Shown here: positions 8,425 to 17,026 of the stretch, piece after piece
Layout: the number at the start of each line of letters is the position of its first letter
Numbering within the stretch: the first letter of the stretch is position 1
Assembly (NCBI GenBank): GCA_046726415.1
Contig: JBKPAK010000198.1
Span: 1-31,565, forward strand
Reading direction: 5' to 3'
DNA: 31,565 nt
DNA from: Candidatus Methylomirabilota bacterium
Lineage (GTDB): Bacteria > Methylomirabilota > Methylomirabilia > Rokubacteriales > CSP1-6
The notes under the pieces: generated by a model
Seen by the model: the letters and a program-made list of their open reading frames with translations, nothing else
Told to the model about the DNA's origin: nothing
Databases searched by the model: none
Position numbers and translations under genes: made by a program

Positions 8425-9135
8425 CTATGGCTCCAGCACGAAGTAGACGCGGCGATTGACCTTGCCCTTGTTCTCACACTTGGTGAGGGCCAGGCGGCCG
8501 ACCTCCTTCAGGCTGGCCACGTGGCAACCGCCGTCGGCTTGGACGTCGAAACCGACGATATCCACCAGACGCAACTCGGGTAGATCGTGCCGGAACGTCG
8601 TCTCCAGCTTGAACAGCTCCGGCCGGGCCCGAGCCTCGACGGCGGGAACGAAGCAGACGCGCACGGCGAGGTTCTGTTCGATCAGGGCATTGGAGCGGCG
8701 GAATCCCTCCTCCAACACTTCGCGGTCGAACTGTTCAAACGCGAAATCCACCCGCGCCTTGTCTGGCGTCAACTGATTGCCGGTGACGCGCACCTGGTAG
8801 TCCTTGAACATCACTCCGGTCAGCACGTGCGTGGCCGTGTGGTAGCGCATGAGGCGATAGCGGCGCGTCCAGTCCAGCTCCCCGTGCACGGCGTCGTCGA
8901 CGGCCAGACCGGGGCGGTCGAGCCGATGGAGCACGCCCTGGTCGTCGTCCAGCGTCTCGACGACGCCATAGGCTTGGCCGTCCGGCCCGGTCAGCGTGCC
9001 CTCGTCGCCCAGCACGCCGCCCCCCGTCGGGAAGAATCCGGTCCGGTCCAGCACCACACCGTCGGGTCGCACCTCAGTGACCCGCGCCGCAAAGACCTTG
9101 AGATAACTGTCGCGCTGATACAACCGATCGGTCAT
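8425..9135 (-). CDS. alaX: Free-standing alanyl-tRNA editing protein (AlaX, medium type)
   Basis: LYQRDSYL, LDRTGFFPTGGG..GDEG, LDWTRRY.LMRYHTATH, QADGGCHV, NKGKVNRRV. Confidence 0.9.
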   Translation of the reverse strand: MTDRLYQRDSYLKVFAARVTEVRPDGVVLDRTGFFPTGGGVLGDEGTLTGPDGQAYGVVETLDDDQGVLHRLDRPGLAVDDAVHGELDWTRRYRLMRYHTATHVLTGVMFKDYQVRVTGNQLTPDKARVDFAFEQFDREVLEEGFRRSNALIEQNLAVRVCFVPAVEARARPELFKLETTFRHDLPELRLVDIVGFDVQADGGCHVASLKEVGRLALTKCENKGKVNRRVYFVLEP

Positions 9136-9191
9136 GGGCCATCTCCCTCATCGATGGGGCGATCGCGATCACGCCTCCGCGGCCTCTGCGC

Positions 9192-10493
9192 CTATCGCCG
9201 CTGGCCGCCCGCGCGGCCGGTCAGCGCGTGCGCTCGCGCGAGCAGTTCGTACTTGGCCAGCGTGTCGGCGATCCGCCGCGCCGGCCACGCCCCGCGCGCA
9301 ACGTGCCCGAGGAACTCGTCGAGCACCAGCGGAAAATGGGACTCGTGCGGCGTTCGCAGGACCTCGGGGATCTCGAGCTCCCAGCCGCGCTCTGCGCGGG
9401 CGACGCCCAGCGGGATGGCGGGCCACGAGCTCGCGCAGCGCCGCAGGGCGTCCGCGACGCCGGTGACTTCGGGCCGAGGTTCCACAACCAGCCGACGCTT
9501 CCAGCCAGTGGCCGCGGTCCGCTCGACGCAGATGTCGGCCCGCGTTCCGCGGAGGCGAGTGCGGTGCGCGTCGCCCCCGCCGTCGGGCTCCGTGAGCTCC
9601 CAGCGGGTGGCAGCCCGGACGAGGACTCCGCCACAGCGAAAGACGAGCTCGGCGTTGCCCAGATACGCGAGGCGCCCTCCGTCGACGACCCCCCCGAGCG
9701 AGGCCGGGAAGTCGGGCAGCCCGCTCACGCGGGCGAACACCTCGCGTGGGACCGGGATAGACCAGCGCCGCGCGTCGATCATCTCGAGAGCCGGGCTCGT
9801 GGCGCCGGCGCGGCCGTCGCTGGACGCATCGTCGCCGGCCGGCCGGCTCACGAGCTGCTGGGCGTGGTCCACCAGATGGGTCGGGATGTCGGCGAGTCCG
9901 TCGCCCTGCACCCGGACGTCGAAGAACCACGGAGGGCGTCGGAGGCGGGCGCCATTCACCTGCTTCTCGAGATGGTGGACGCTCTCGAACGCGATGGCCG
10001 GCTCGCCATCCTTCGCGAACGTGCCGAAGACCTCCGCGCTCCCCACCAGCATGCGCTCCACGGCGGTGGTGATCTCGTGGCGGCCGGTCATCATCTCCAT
10101 GGCGAGTGGCGGGCCGGACAGCGTGGCGCGCAGGTCAGCGAGTCCCTCGGTCCCAGTCATCCAGGGCTTGTCGGCGAGCACCGCACACCCCGCGTCGTGG
10201 AGCCGGCGGATCCACTCCATCTTGCTGTCGTTCCGGCCGGCGAGGATCACGACGTCGCCGGGGCGTTCGGCGAGGAACGCCTCGAGCGGATTGGCCCTCA
10301 CGCGCGCGGTGGGCTGCCAGCCGGTGGGACGCTCGGGGCGCGCATTGAAGCTCGCCACGAGACCGAGGAACTCACGGCACTCCGTCTCGTCGGTGGCGTA
10401 GACGAAGATCTCGTCGCGCACGAGCGGATGCCGCGCCCGCAACGCGAGGGCCGCGTGGAAGTGCTCGGGGGCCAGGAAGACCAGCGTGTGCAT
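9192..10493 (-). CDS. Putative Gfo/Idh/MocA-related oxidoreductase with C-terminal oxidoreductase domain
   Basis: PEHFHAAL, VLADKPW, MMTGRHEI, ESVHHL.K.VNG..LRRPPWFFDV..QGDGLADIPTHLVD, HESHF, TLAKY. Confidence 0.78.
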   Translation of the reverse strand: MHTLVFLAPEHFHAALALRARHPLVRDEIFVYATDETECREFLGLVASFNARPERPTGWQPTARVRANPLEAFLAERPGDVVILAGRNDSKMEWIRRLHDAGCAVLADKPWMTGTEGLADLRATLSGPPLAMEMMTGRHEITTAVERMLVGSAEVFGTFAKDGEPAIAFESVHHLEKQVNGARLRRPPWFFDVRVQGDGLADIPTHLVDHAQQLVSRPAGDDASSDGRAGATSPALEMIDARRWSIPVPREVFARVSGLPDFPASLGGVVDGGRLAYLGNAELVFRCGGVLVRAATRWELTEPDGGGDAHRTRLRGTRADICVERTAATGWKRRLVVEPRPEVTGVADALRRCASSWPAIPLGVARAERGWELEIPEVLRTPHESHFPLVLDEFLGHVARGAWPARRIADTLAKYELLARAHALTGRAGGQRR

Positions 10494-10502
10494 GACCCTC
10501 GG

Positions 10503-12245
10503 TCAGCGCGGGATGAGGGGCAACAGGATGTGCGACGGGTAGCGCTGGTCGTGGAAGATCGTCTGCTCGGCCTCCTGCCAGCGCGTACCGGTGGCTTGAT
10601 CCTCGCCCGTGTTCAGGTTGCGATCGAAGCGCGGGAAGTTGCTTGACGAGATCTCGACCCGCATCCGGTGACCGGGCCGGAACACGTGACTGGTGGCCCA
10701 GAGGTCGATGGTGAACGGTGACACCTCGCCCGGCGCGAGGAGGGTGGGGCTGACGCGCGACTCGCGGTAGCGGGCGCGCACAATGCCATCGGCAATGTTC
10801 TGCGCGTAGCCGTCGGGCCGGACGTCCACCAGCTTGGCCGTGAAGTCGGTGTCCGGGGCGCTGGTCGCCGCATAGAGCATCACGGCGACCGGCCCGGTGA
10901 CCTCGAGGGAGTCGGTGACCACGTCGCTCGTGTACACGAGCACGTCGGCGCGGGCCTGCACCGGACGCTGGTCTTGCACGCCCATGGCGAGGATCAGCGT
11001 GTTGCCGCCGCGCGTCGGCACCGGATCGCCCGGGTCGTACACGAAGTGGTCGGGCGGCTCATCGCCCGGCGGCCGCGGGCTCAGGACACCGTCTCCACTC
11101 GCGGTATTGGCCCGGCCGCGACCATGCAGGTAATAGGGCGTGTAGCGGGTCCGGGCGAGGGGCCATTCGCGCTCGTCACGCCAGCGATTCTCGCCCATCA
11201 CGAAGATCTTGATGGGGGGCTCGTCCATGACGCCCGTGTCGACGCCCTTCAGCCAGTGATCGAACCAACGGAGCTGGATCTCGTGCAGATCGATGAGCGC
11301 GGCCGGTCCGAAGTCGATGTCGCCCGTGCCGGCCGACGTGGGGCTCGTGTAGGGAAACAGGTGCGCCCAGGGTCCGATCAAGAGCCTTTGCCCGGCCCGG
11401 GCCGTTTCGGTCATGGCCTGACGGCGAAGCCCGCAGAAGTTGGCGATGCCGCCGTGCAGGAAGATATCGTACCAGGACGTCACGTGGTACATCGGCACGG
11501 CGATCTGATCATGCTGGCGCTCCACGTTGAGGCGCCACCACGGCGGTCCGTCTTTGGGGAGCCGCAGATAGTCCGAGAGATAGCGGGCCACGGGGTCGAG
11601 GAGCTCGGCCCAGGCCATGAGCGGCAAGCGCTGGTACGCCTCGGCCGAGAGCGGCGGCGCCCACGGCGTGAGCGCCACCGCCAGCTCGCGCTCGAGCTTC
11701 GGCCAGAGCGTCTTGGTCAGGCCTCGGCGGGCGATCGTATCGCGCGCCATCAGGATCGCGTAGGGGATCTGCCACCCTAGCTCGAACGCTCCGCCCGAGT
11801 GATACACCCAACACTGGTGAAAATCCGCCGGCGCCGAGGCCGGGAACGATGCCTTGAGATGCGGCGGTCGAGTGGGGGCGAGAAGGTACTGGGTGGCGCC
11901 GAGATAGGATTGCCCCATGGTGCCGACCTGCCCGGCGGAGTAGGGAAGCTGGGCGGCCCACTCGACGGCGTCGTACCCGTCCTGCGCTTCCCAGATCAGC
12001 GGATAGTACTCGTCCCCCTCGGAGGCGAAGCGGCCGCGGGTGTCCTGCATGATGACCACGTAGCCGTGCTCGACGAAGACGTCGATATCGCCCGGTCGCT
12101 GGCGGAGATTCTTATCGTAGGGAAGGCGCGCGAGCAGAACGGGGAAGCGGCCTGGTGCGTCGGGGCGGTAGACATCGGCGCGAAGCGTGACGCCGTCACG
12201 CGTCGTCATGGGCACGTCCTTGTCAGTGAGCACGCGGTAGGTCAT
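10503..12245 (-). CDS. CocE/NonD family serine hydrolase (peptidase S15-like)
   Basis: RDGVTLRADVYRP, QDTRGRFASEG, nucleophile motif GQSYLG, WYDIF, IGPWAH, SSSNFPRFDRNLNTG. Confidence 0.95.
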   Translation of the reverse strand: MTYRVLTDKDVPMTTRDGVTLRADVYRPDAPGRFPVLLARLPYDKNLRQRPGDIDVFVEHGYVVIMQDTRGRFASEGDEYYPLIWEAQDGYDAVEWAAQLPYSAGQVGTMGQSYLGATQYLLAPTRPPHLKASFPASAPADFHQCWVYHSGGAFELGWQIPYAILMARDTIARRGLTKTLWPKLERELAVALTPWAPPLSAEAYQRLPLMAWAELLDPVARYLSDYLRLPKDGPPWWRLNVERQHDQIAVPMYHVTSWYDIFLHGGIANFCGLRRQAMTETARAGQRLLIGPWAHLFPYTSPTSAGTGDIDFGPAALIDLHEIQLRWFDHWLKGVDTGVMDEPPIKIFVMGENRWRDEREWPLARTRYTPYYLHGRGRANTASGDGVLSPRPPGDEPPDHFVYDPGDPVPTRGGNTLILAMGVQDQRPVQARADVLVYTSDVVTDSLEVTGPVAVMLYAATSAPDTDFTAKLVDVRPDGYAQNIADGIVRARYRESRVSPTLLAPGEVSPFTIDLWATSHVFRPGHRMRVEISSSNFPRFDRNLNTGEDQATGTRWQEAEQTIFHDQRYPSHILLPLIPR

Positions 12246-12260
12246 GGTGGCGGATCCCCT

Positions 12261-12285
12261 TCGACGGCCGGGGCCCGGCCGTCGA
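12261..12285. promoter_or_regulatory. Perfect 11-bp inverted repeat TCGACGGCCGG-ggc-CCGGCCGTCGA just upstream of the CocE/NonD RBS
   Basis: Arms at 12261-12271 and 12275-12285, within the divergent intergenic region. Function unknown. Confidence 0.4.
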
Positions 12286-12432
12286 GACGACCATACATCA
12301 CCGGACCACCGATCGAGAGCGTGTATGATCCTGGGGGTTGTGCGAGCCGCCGGACGCCGCAGGGCTGGATCCCCGCCGTCCGAGGCGAGCTGATGAAGTC
12401 AGTCCGGGCGCGCCGGAGGGTCGGTGAAGGGC

Positions 12433-13704
12433 ATGCACATCGAGATCATCTGCACAGGTGACGAGGTCCTGACCGGGAAGATCGTCAACACCAACTTCAG
12501 CTACATGAGCCAAAAGCTCGAAGACGTGGGTCTTTCGGTACGGTGGGAAACGACAGTGGGGGACGATCGAGAGTGTTTGCTGCGGGCGTTCCAGCTGGCC
12601 GGGGGGCGGGCCGATGCCGTCATCGTCAACGGGGGCCTGGGCCCCACCATTGACGATCTGTCTCAGGAGATCGCCGCCCAGGCGGCCGGGGTCGAGCTCG
12701 CGCTCAACGAAGACTGGGTGACCCGGATGGAGGAGTTCTTCCGCCGGCGCAGCCGCGTGATGCCCCCCAACAACAAGAAGCAGGCGATGCTGCCCGCCAC
12801 CGCCGAGATCATCGACAATCCCATCGGCACCGCCTGCGGCTTCGCGCTCGACATCGGCAAGGCGCGCTTCTTCTTCACTCCCGGCGTGCCCCGCGAGCTG
12901 CGCCGCATGCTCGAGGAGCAGGTCATTCCGCGACTGCTGGCGCGCAGCGGTATGAACACCGCCATCTATCTGAAGCGGTTCCATTCGTACGGGCTCGGCG
13001 AGTCCCACGTCGACTCCCTCCTGGCGGGTGTCGAGGAGCTGGTGCCGGATGGCAGCGTGAAGCTCGGATTCCGGGCTCACTATCCGCAGCTCGAAACCAA
13101 GCTGACCGTGCGCGGCGCCGACATGGACGACATCCGGGCGAAGCTGGTCCCGGTCGAGCAGGAAGTGCGCAAACGGCTCGGCAACTTCATTCTGGCCGAG
13201 GACGAGCAGACGCTCGAGGGCGTCATCCTGGGCGAGCTGGCGAATCGTCAGGGCTCGCTGTCTCTGGTGGAGACGTTCACGTGCGGAGGAATTGCCGCGC
13301 GCATCGCCCATCTGCCCGGAGCGGAGCGAATCTTTCGCCGCGGCTTCGTGGCGCGCGACCTCGCGCAGGTGTGCGCGGCCGTCGATCTGGAGGCCGCTTC
13401 CTCGGCGGGTGGCTTCACCCCCGAAACGGCGGAGGCGGTGGCGGTGGCGGCGATCCGTCGAACCGGCGCCACGCATGCGCTGGCGGTCCTGATCGATCTC
13501 GACGACGGCGCCGATCGGATCGACTTCGGCGGGACGATCTGCCTGGCCATCGCCACCGGGCAGGACGTCGCCTCCCGGCGCAGTCGCATCCTCGGCGGCC
13601 GCGATTGGGTCCGCCTGGGCGCGATCGAGATGGGGCTGGATTGCCTACGCCGCTACCTCCAGGGATTGCCCGTATACGAGCGGATCGACTTCGAGAAGGT
13701 GTGA
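12433..13704 (+). CDS. cinA: CinA family protein (COG1058 molybdopterin-binding-like domain plus degenerate PncC domain)
   Basis: ICTGDEVLTGKIVNTN, VGDD, GGLGPTIDDLS, NNKKQAMLP, NPIGTACG, PGVPREL, YGLGES. The C-domain has VETFTCGGIA in place of AESCTGG. Confidence 0.88.
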   Translation: MHIEIICTGDEVLTGKIVNTNFSYMSQKLEDVGLSVRWETTVGDDRECLLRAFQLAGGRADAVIVNGGLGPTIDDLSQEIAAQAAGVELALNEDWVTRMEEFFRRRSRVMPPNNKKQAMLPATAEIIDNPIGTACGFALDIGKARFFFTPGVPRELRRMLEEQVIPRLLARSGMNTAIYLKRFHSYGLGESHVDSLLAGVEELVPDGSVKLGFRAHYPQLETKLTVRGADMDDIRAKLVPVEQEVRKRLGNFILAEDEQTLEGVILGELANRQGSLSLVETFTCGGIAARIAHLPGAERIFRRGFVARDLAQVCAAVDLEAASSAGGFTPETAEAVAVAAIRRTGATHALAVLIDLDDGADRIDFGGTICLAIATGQDVASRRSRILGGRDWVRLGAIEMGLDCLRRYLQGLPVYERIDFEKV

Positions 13705-13752
13705 AGGCCGTTCGCTCGATCGCCGATGGCCGATCAGCGCAGCCTTCACGGC

Positions 13753-14811
13753 CTAGACATCGCGGCCGATCGCGCGGGCGAACGCGGCCATGAACCGCTG
13801 CATATCGGCCAGAGTGCCGACGGTGAGGCGGAAGCTTCCGTCGATGACGGGTTTCCCTGCCATGCTTCGGACCAGGATTCCCTGGCGGCGGAGGGCCTGC
13901 ACCACGCTCTCGCTATCACCCGGCGGCCACACGAGCACGTAGTTGCCGCCGCCGGCGAAGTACCGCACGCGCAGGCGCTGGAGCTGCTCGATCGTCCAGT
14001 TCTTTGCGGCGAGGACCTGCGCGACATACTGCTGCGAGTAGTGCGCATCGGCCAGGGCGGCCTTGCCCGCCACCACCGCCAGCATGTTGATGTCATACGG
14101 CCCCGTCACGCGGCGGAGGCGCTCGACGATGGAAGGGTGGCCGATGGCAAAACCGAGGCGCAGTGCCGCCATTCCGGCGGCCTTCGACAGTGACTGCAGC
14201 GCGACGACGTTCGGCAGGTCGAGTGCCATCGGCACCACGGACTCTCCGGTGAAGGCCGTGTAGAGCTCGTCGACCACCACCAGGGTCTGAGGCGCCGATT
14301 GCGCCAGCGCCAGGATGGTGGACGGCGCCACCGTGGTTCCCGTCGGATTGTTCGGGTTGCACGCGAAGAAGAGCCGGGGAGCCGCCTGGAGCTTGTCCGC
14401 GATGGCGGCCAGTGGGTACTGGAGGTCGTTCCGGTACGGGACTTCGTCCGTGACCATGCCCTGCTGCTGCGCGCAGGGCGCGTAGTATCCGAACGTCGGC
14501 ACCGCGGTCAGGAACGTGCCGCCCTTCTCGCCATACGCGTCGAAGACCGCCCGGATGGCCGCATCGACGCCATTGAACGCTCCGACGTGCTCCACCGGCA
14601 CGCTCAAGGTCGCCGCGAATGTTTCGTTCAGTCCCGCGTATTCCGGGTAGGCGGCGTACGCCTCCGGTGGCAGGCCTCGGATGGCCTCCAGCACCTTGGG
14701 ACTCGGCCCGATCGTGCTTTCATTGAAGTCCAGGCGCAGAAACCCCCGCCGACCCTCGAGGGGAGCGACGTACGGCGTGAGCGCTTCGACTTCGGGCTTT
14801 GCCTTGATCAT
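13753..14811 (-). CDS. hisC: Histidinol-phosphate aminotransferase-like PLP enzyme
   Basis: LRLDFNE, YP, NGVDAAI, PTFGYY, CNPNNPTG, VVVDELY, SLSKAAGMAALRLG (PLP lysine), RLTVG. Confidence 0.85.
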   Translation of the reverse strand: MIKAKPEVEALTPYVAPLEGRRGFLRLDFNESTIGPSPKVLEAIRGLPPEAYAAYPEYAGLNETFAATLSVPVEHVGAFNGVDAAIRAVFDAYGEKGGTFLTAVPTFGYYAPCAQQQGMVTDEVPYRNDLQYPLAAIADKLQAAPRLFFACNPNNPTGTTVAPSTILALAQSAPQTLVVVDELYTAFTGESVVPMALDLPNVVALQSLSKAAGMAALRLGFAIGHPSIVERLRRVTGPYDINMLAVVAGKAALADAHYSQQYVAQVLAAKNWTIEQLQRLRVRYFAGGGNYVLVWPPGDSESVVQALRRQGILVRSMAGKPVIDGSFRLTVGTLADMQRFMAAFARAIGRDV

Positions 14812-15055
14812 CCGTGATCCTCGCCTCGCGGCTTCACCGTGTGCCGGCGCCGCTCAGTGTAGCGCTTGTTGCGCATCGCCAGGCCCCGGTACGGGGTCGC
14901 GTTGGTGACGCCGAGCGGACCGTGGCGCGGCAACTCTTCCGCCGAGTCTCGCCCCTCCTTCCCAAATGATCCGCGCTAGAATAGCCGCACTCGCGCGTTG
15001 CGGGCACGCGCTCGGCGGCGCGCGGACACTCGAATGCATCGGTGGAGGTCAAGCC

Positions 15056-15994
15056 ATGGCTGCCCTGACCTTGACGATCGAGCGCGTACTCGCGTTCAAC
15101 GGCCTCGACGTGTTGGTGGCGAGGGACGAAGGTCTGTTCGCGGCGGAAGGATTGGATCTCCGGATCGCGGCTCTTCCGCCCGGCGAGATCCGTTCGGCGG
15201 CCGAAGGCACGCTCGCCAAGCCGGTCACGAATCAAGGTCGGCTCCAAGATCGCGGCGAGGCCGCGATGTTCCAGGGGTGAGAGTGCGGCAATAACCGCCG
15301 GGTGGCGGCAAGTGCCGTGGGCGCGAGGCAGATCGGCCGGCGCGCCATGATCGTCTGTGGAGCCCTCGTGGTTGCCCCCAGTTCAAGTGTCTACACGCCC
15401 CAGGAACTCGCCCGCAAGCTGGTGGCCCTGGACTATGGCAACGGCACCGCTTACGCCGGCCTCCAGATGCTGGAGGGTGCGGTCCCGCGCGAGGCTATCG
15501 CCACGTGCTCCGCCCCCACGAATCCCGCCGAGCGATTCGCCGGGCTGATGCGCGGCGATTTCGAGGCGACCGTGCTGCAGGAGCCGTGGATCGCCGTGGC
15601 CGAGAAGGCCGGCTGCCGCCTGGTATCGACCACTTTCTTTCATGGCACCTGGGTGGCAGATCACCGCGTCAGCGCAGAGGCCTATGCCGCGTTCCTGCGC
15701 GCGGTCACGCGGGCCGTCCGGCGCATCAACGCCGACAAGCGGCAATACGTGTCCTACTACCTCCGCGATTTCCCGGGTTACCCGGAGGTGGAGGCGCTCT
15801 CGCCCGACGACTTCAACCTGGGGCGCATCCAACTGAAGGTCCCGGGACCCATTCCCGAGGACGAGGCGCGTTGGGTGTGGGACTGGATGGTCAGCTGGGG
15901 CGCCCTGCAGGGCAAGTTCGACGCCACCGAACAGATCGACCGGAACGTGGAGCGAGTGGCGCACGAACTCGCCGCCGCCGACCTGTCCGGCTGA
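15056..15994 (+). CDS. Candidate selenoprotein: NMT1/THI5/SsuA-like (ABC substrate-binding fold) protein with in-frame TGA read as Sec75
   Basis: GGAGGT RBS and ATG at 15056. A single in-frame TGA at 15278-15280 is followed by an open frame to 15994 (312 aa). N-part LVARDEGLFAAEGLDL and C-part ALVVAPSS.VYTPQELA...GDFEATVLQEPW.AVAEKAG are the two halves of one binding-protein fold. A SECIS-like hairpin follows the TGA. Confidence 0.85.
15285..15318 (+). promoter_or_regulatory. Putative bacterial SECIS element
   Basis: Lower stem GCGGCA (15285-90) / TGCCGT (15313-18), 4x4 internal loop, upper stem CCGCC (15295-99) / GGCGG (15304-08), apical loop GGGU. There are 19 nt between the UGA and the loop. 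Folded by eye. Confidence 0.7.
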
Positions 15995-17026
15995 TCAGAG
16001 CGTGCCGCTGAGCATCTCCGCCACCTGCGTGTCGCTGAGCTCGTAGCCGAAGAATTCGCGGTAAAACGCCCTCACCTCTGCGGAGAGGTTGAGCGTTGCG
16101 AACCGCTCCGGGTGGAACGTCTTGGCCGCCCACAAGACGGTGAGCGGTTGCTCGGCGGTGCGATTCGCCCACGTGTGGGCCCCCACCGGCACGACGTACA
16201 CCCGCCGCTGGCGCACGGCCCTGAGCTGCTTGAAGGTGCGGTCCGCCGTGACGGTCGCCACGTCCTTGGGACTCGTGACGATTGCGATATCCGGGTCCCA
16301 GAGGACGACTTGCTCGAGCGAGAACGATCGGCTCTCGGCGGTGCGGCCGTCGTTGGTGACACTGGCCCCGCCCGCCGCCGGGATCCACCACTCGGCGATC
16401 AACCGCGGCTGCGTCAAGGACTGGGGGTGAAAGTAGAGCACCGTGGGTCTGGCCGCGGGCGGGAGGGCCTTCAGAGGCGCGCTGACGCGCGCCAGCGTGT
16501 CGTCGAAGTACCGGCGATAGCGCTCTGCCACGTCCGGCTTGCGGAAGACGTCTCCCAGCAGCGCCATGCAGGCCTTGACGTCTTCAGGCTCTCGCCAGGC
16601 CAGGACGATCACGGGGATGCGGGTCGCCTTCAGGAGGTCGATGTGGGCTCGGTGCATGGTGAGGACGACATCGGGCCGGGCCAGCAGGATGGCCTCCGCG
16701 TTCGGATCGCGGTTGGTGTGCTGCATGGTGGGGAGCCGGGCCAGCTGCGGCGCGAACACCGTCTGATACTTCCAGTGCGGAAGCGCGAAATCGGCCAGCC
16801 CGTTGACGATCGTGCGGCCCTCCCCCAGCGCGAAGACGAAGCTGTTTAGCACCGGCAGCGAGCCCAGGGTGACCACCCGCTCGATCCGGCTCGGAAGCTG
16901 CACGGTGCGGCCGGCCATGTCGGTGACCAGCCGGGTCCCAGTCTCAGCTGCCTGGATCGCGCCCGCCTGACTGCCCAAGAAGCAGGCCAGCATCGCGAGG
17001 AAAGCGCAACGCAAGAGCTTCATCAT
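15995..17026 (-). CDS. ABC transporter substrate-binding protein, iron-siderophore/cobalamin (class III) type
   Basis: AGGAGA RBS, Sec-pathway signal peptide MMKLLRCAFLAMLACFLG, VTDMAGRTVQLP..IERVV, NAEAILLARPDVV, SLEQVVLWDPD, AVRQRRVY. Confidence 0.9.
   Translation of the reverse strand: MMKLLRCAFLAMLACFLGSQAGAIQAAETGTRLVTDMAGRTVQLPSRIERVVTLGSLPVLNSFVFALGEGRTIVNGLADFALPHWKYQTVFAPQLARLPTMQHTNRDPNAEAILLARPDVVLTMHRAHIDLLKATRIPVIVLAWREPEDVKACMALLGDVFRKPDVAERYRRYFDDTLARVSAPLKALPPAARPTVLYFHPQSLTQPRLIAEWWIPAAGGASVTNDGRTAESRSFSLEQVVLWDPDIAIVTSPKDVATVTADRTFKQLRAVRQRRVYVVPVGAHTWANRTAEQPLTVLWAAKTFHPERFATLNLSAEVRAFYREFFGYELSDTQVAEMLSGTL

Noticed and set aside
14812-15055. tRNA-Sec or other ncRNA beside the selenoprotein candidate
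   Set aside because: No cloverleaf with a TCA anticodon or T-loop seen. Only a -10-like TAGAAT near 14977 without a clear -35.
14966-15994. Two separate genes (104 aa and 230 aa) as listed in the ORF track, or a simple pseudogene
   Set aside because: Same frame, one TGA, complementary halves of one fold, no RBS before 15302 and a SECIS-like hairpin. A nonsense mutation remains possible but is less likely.
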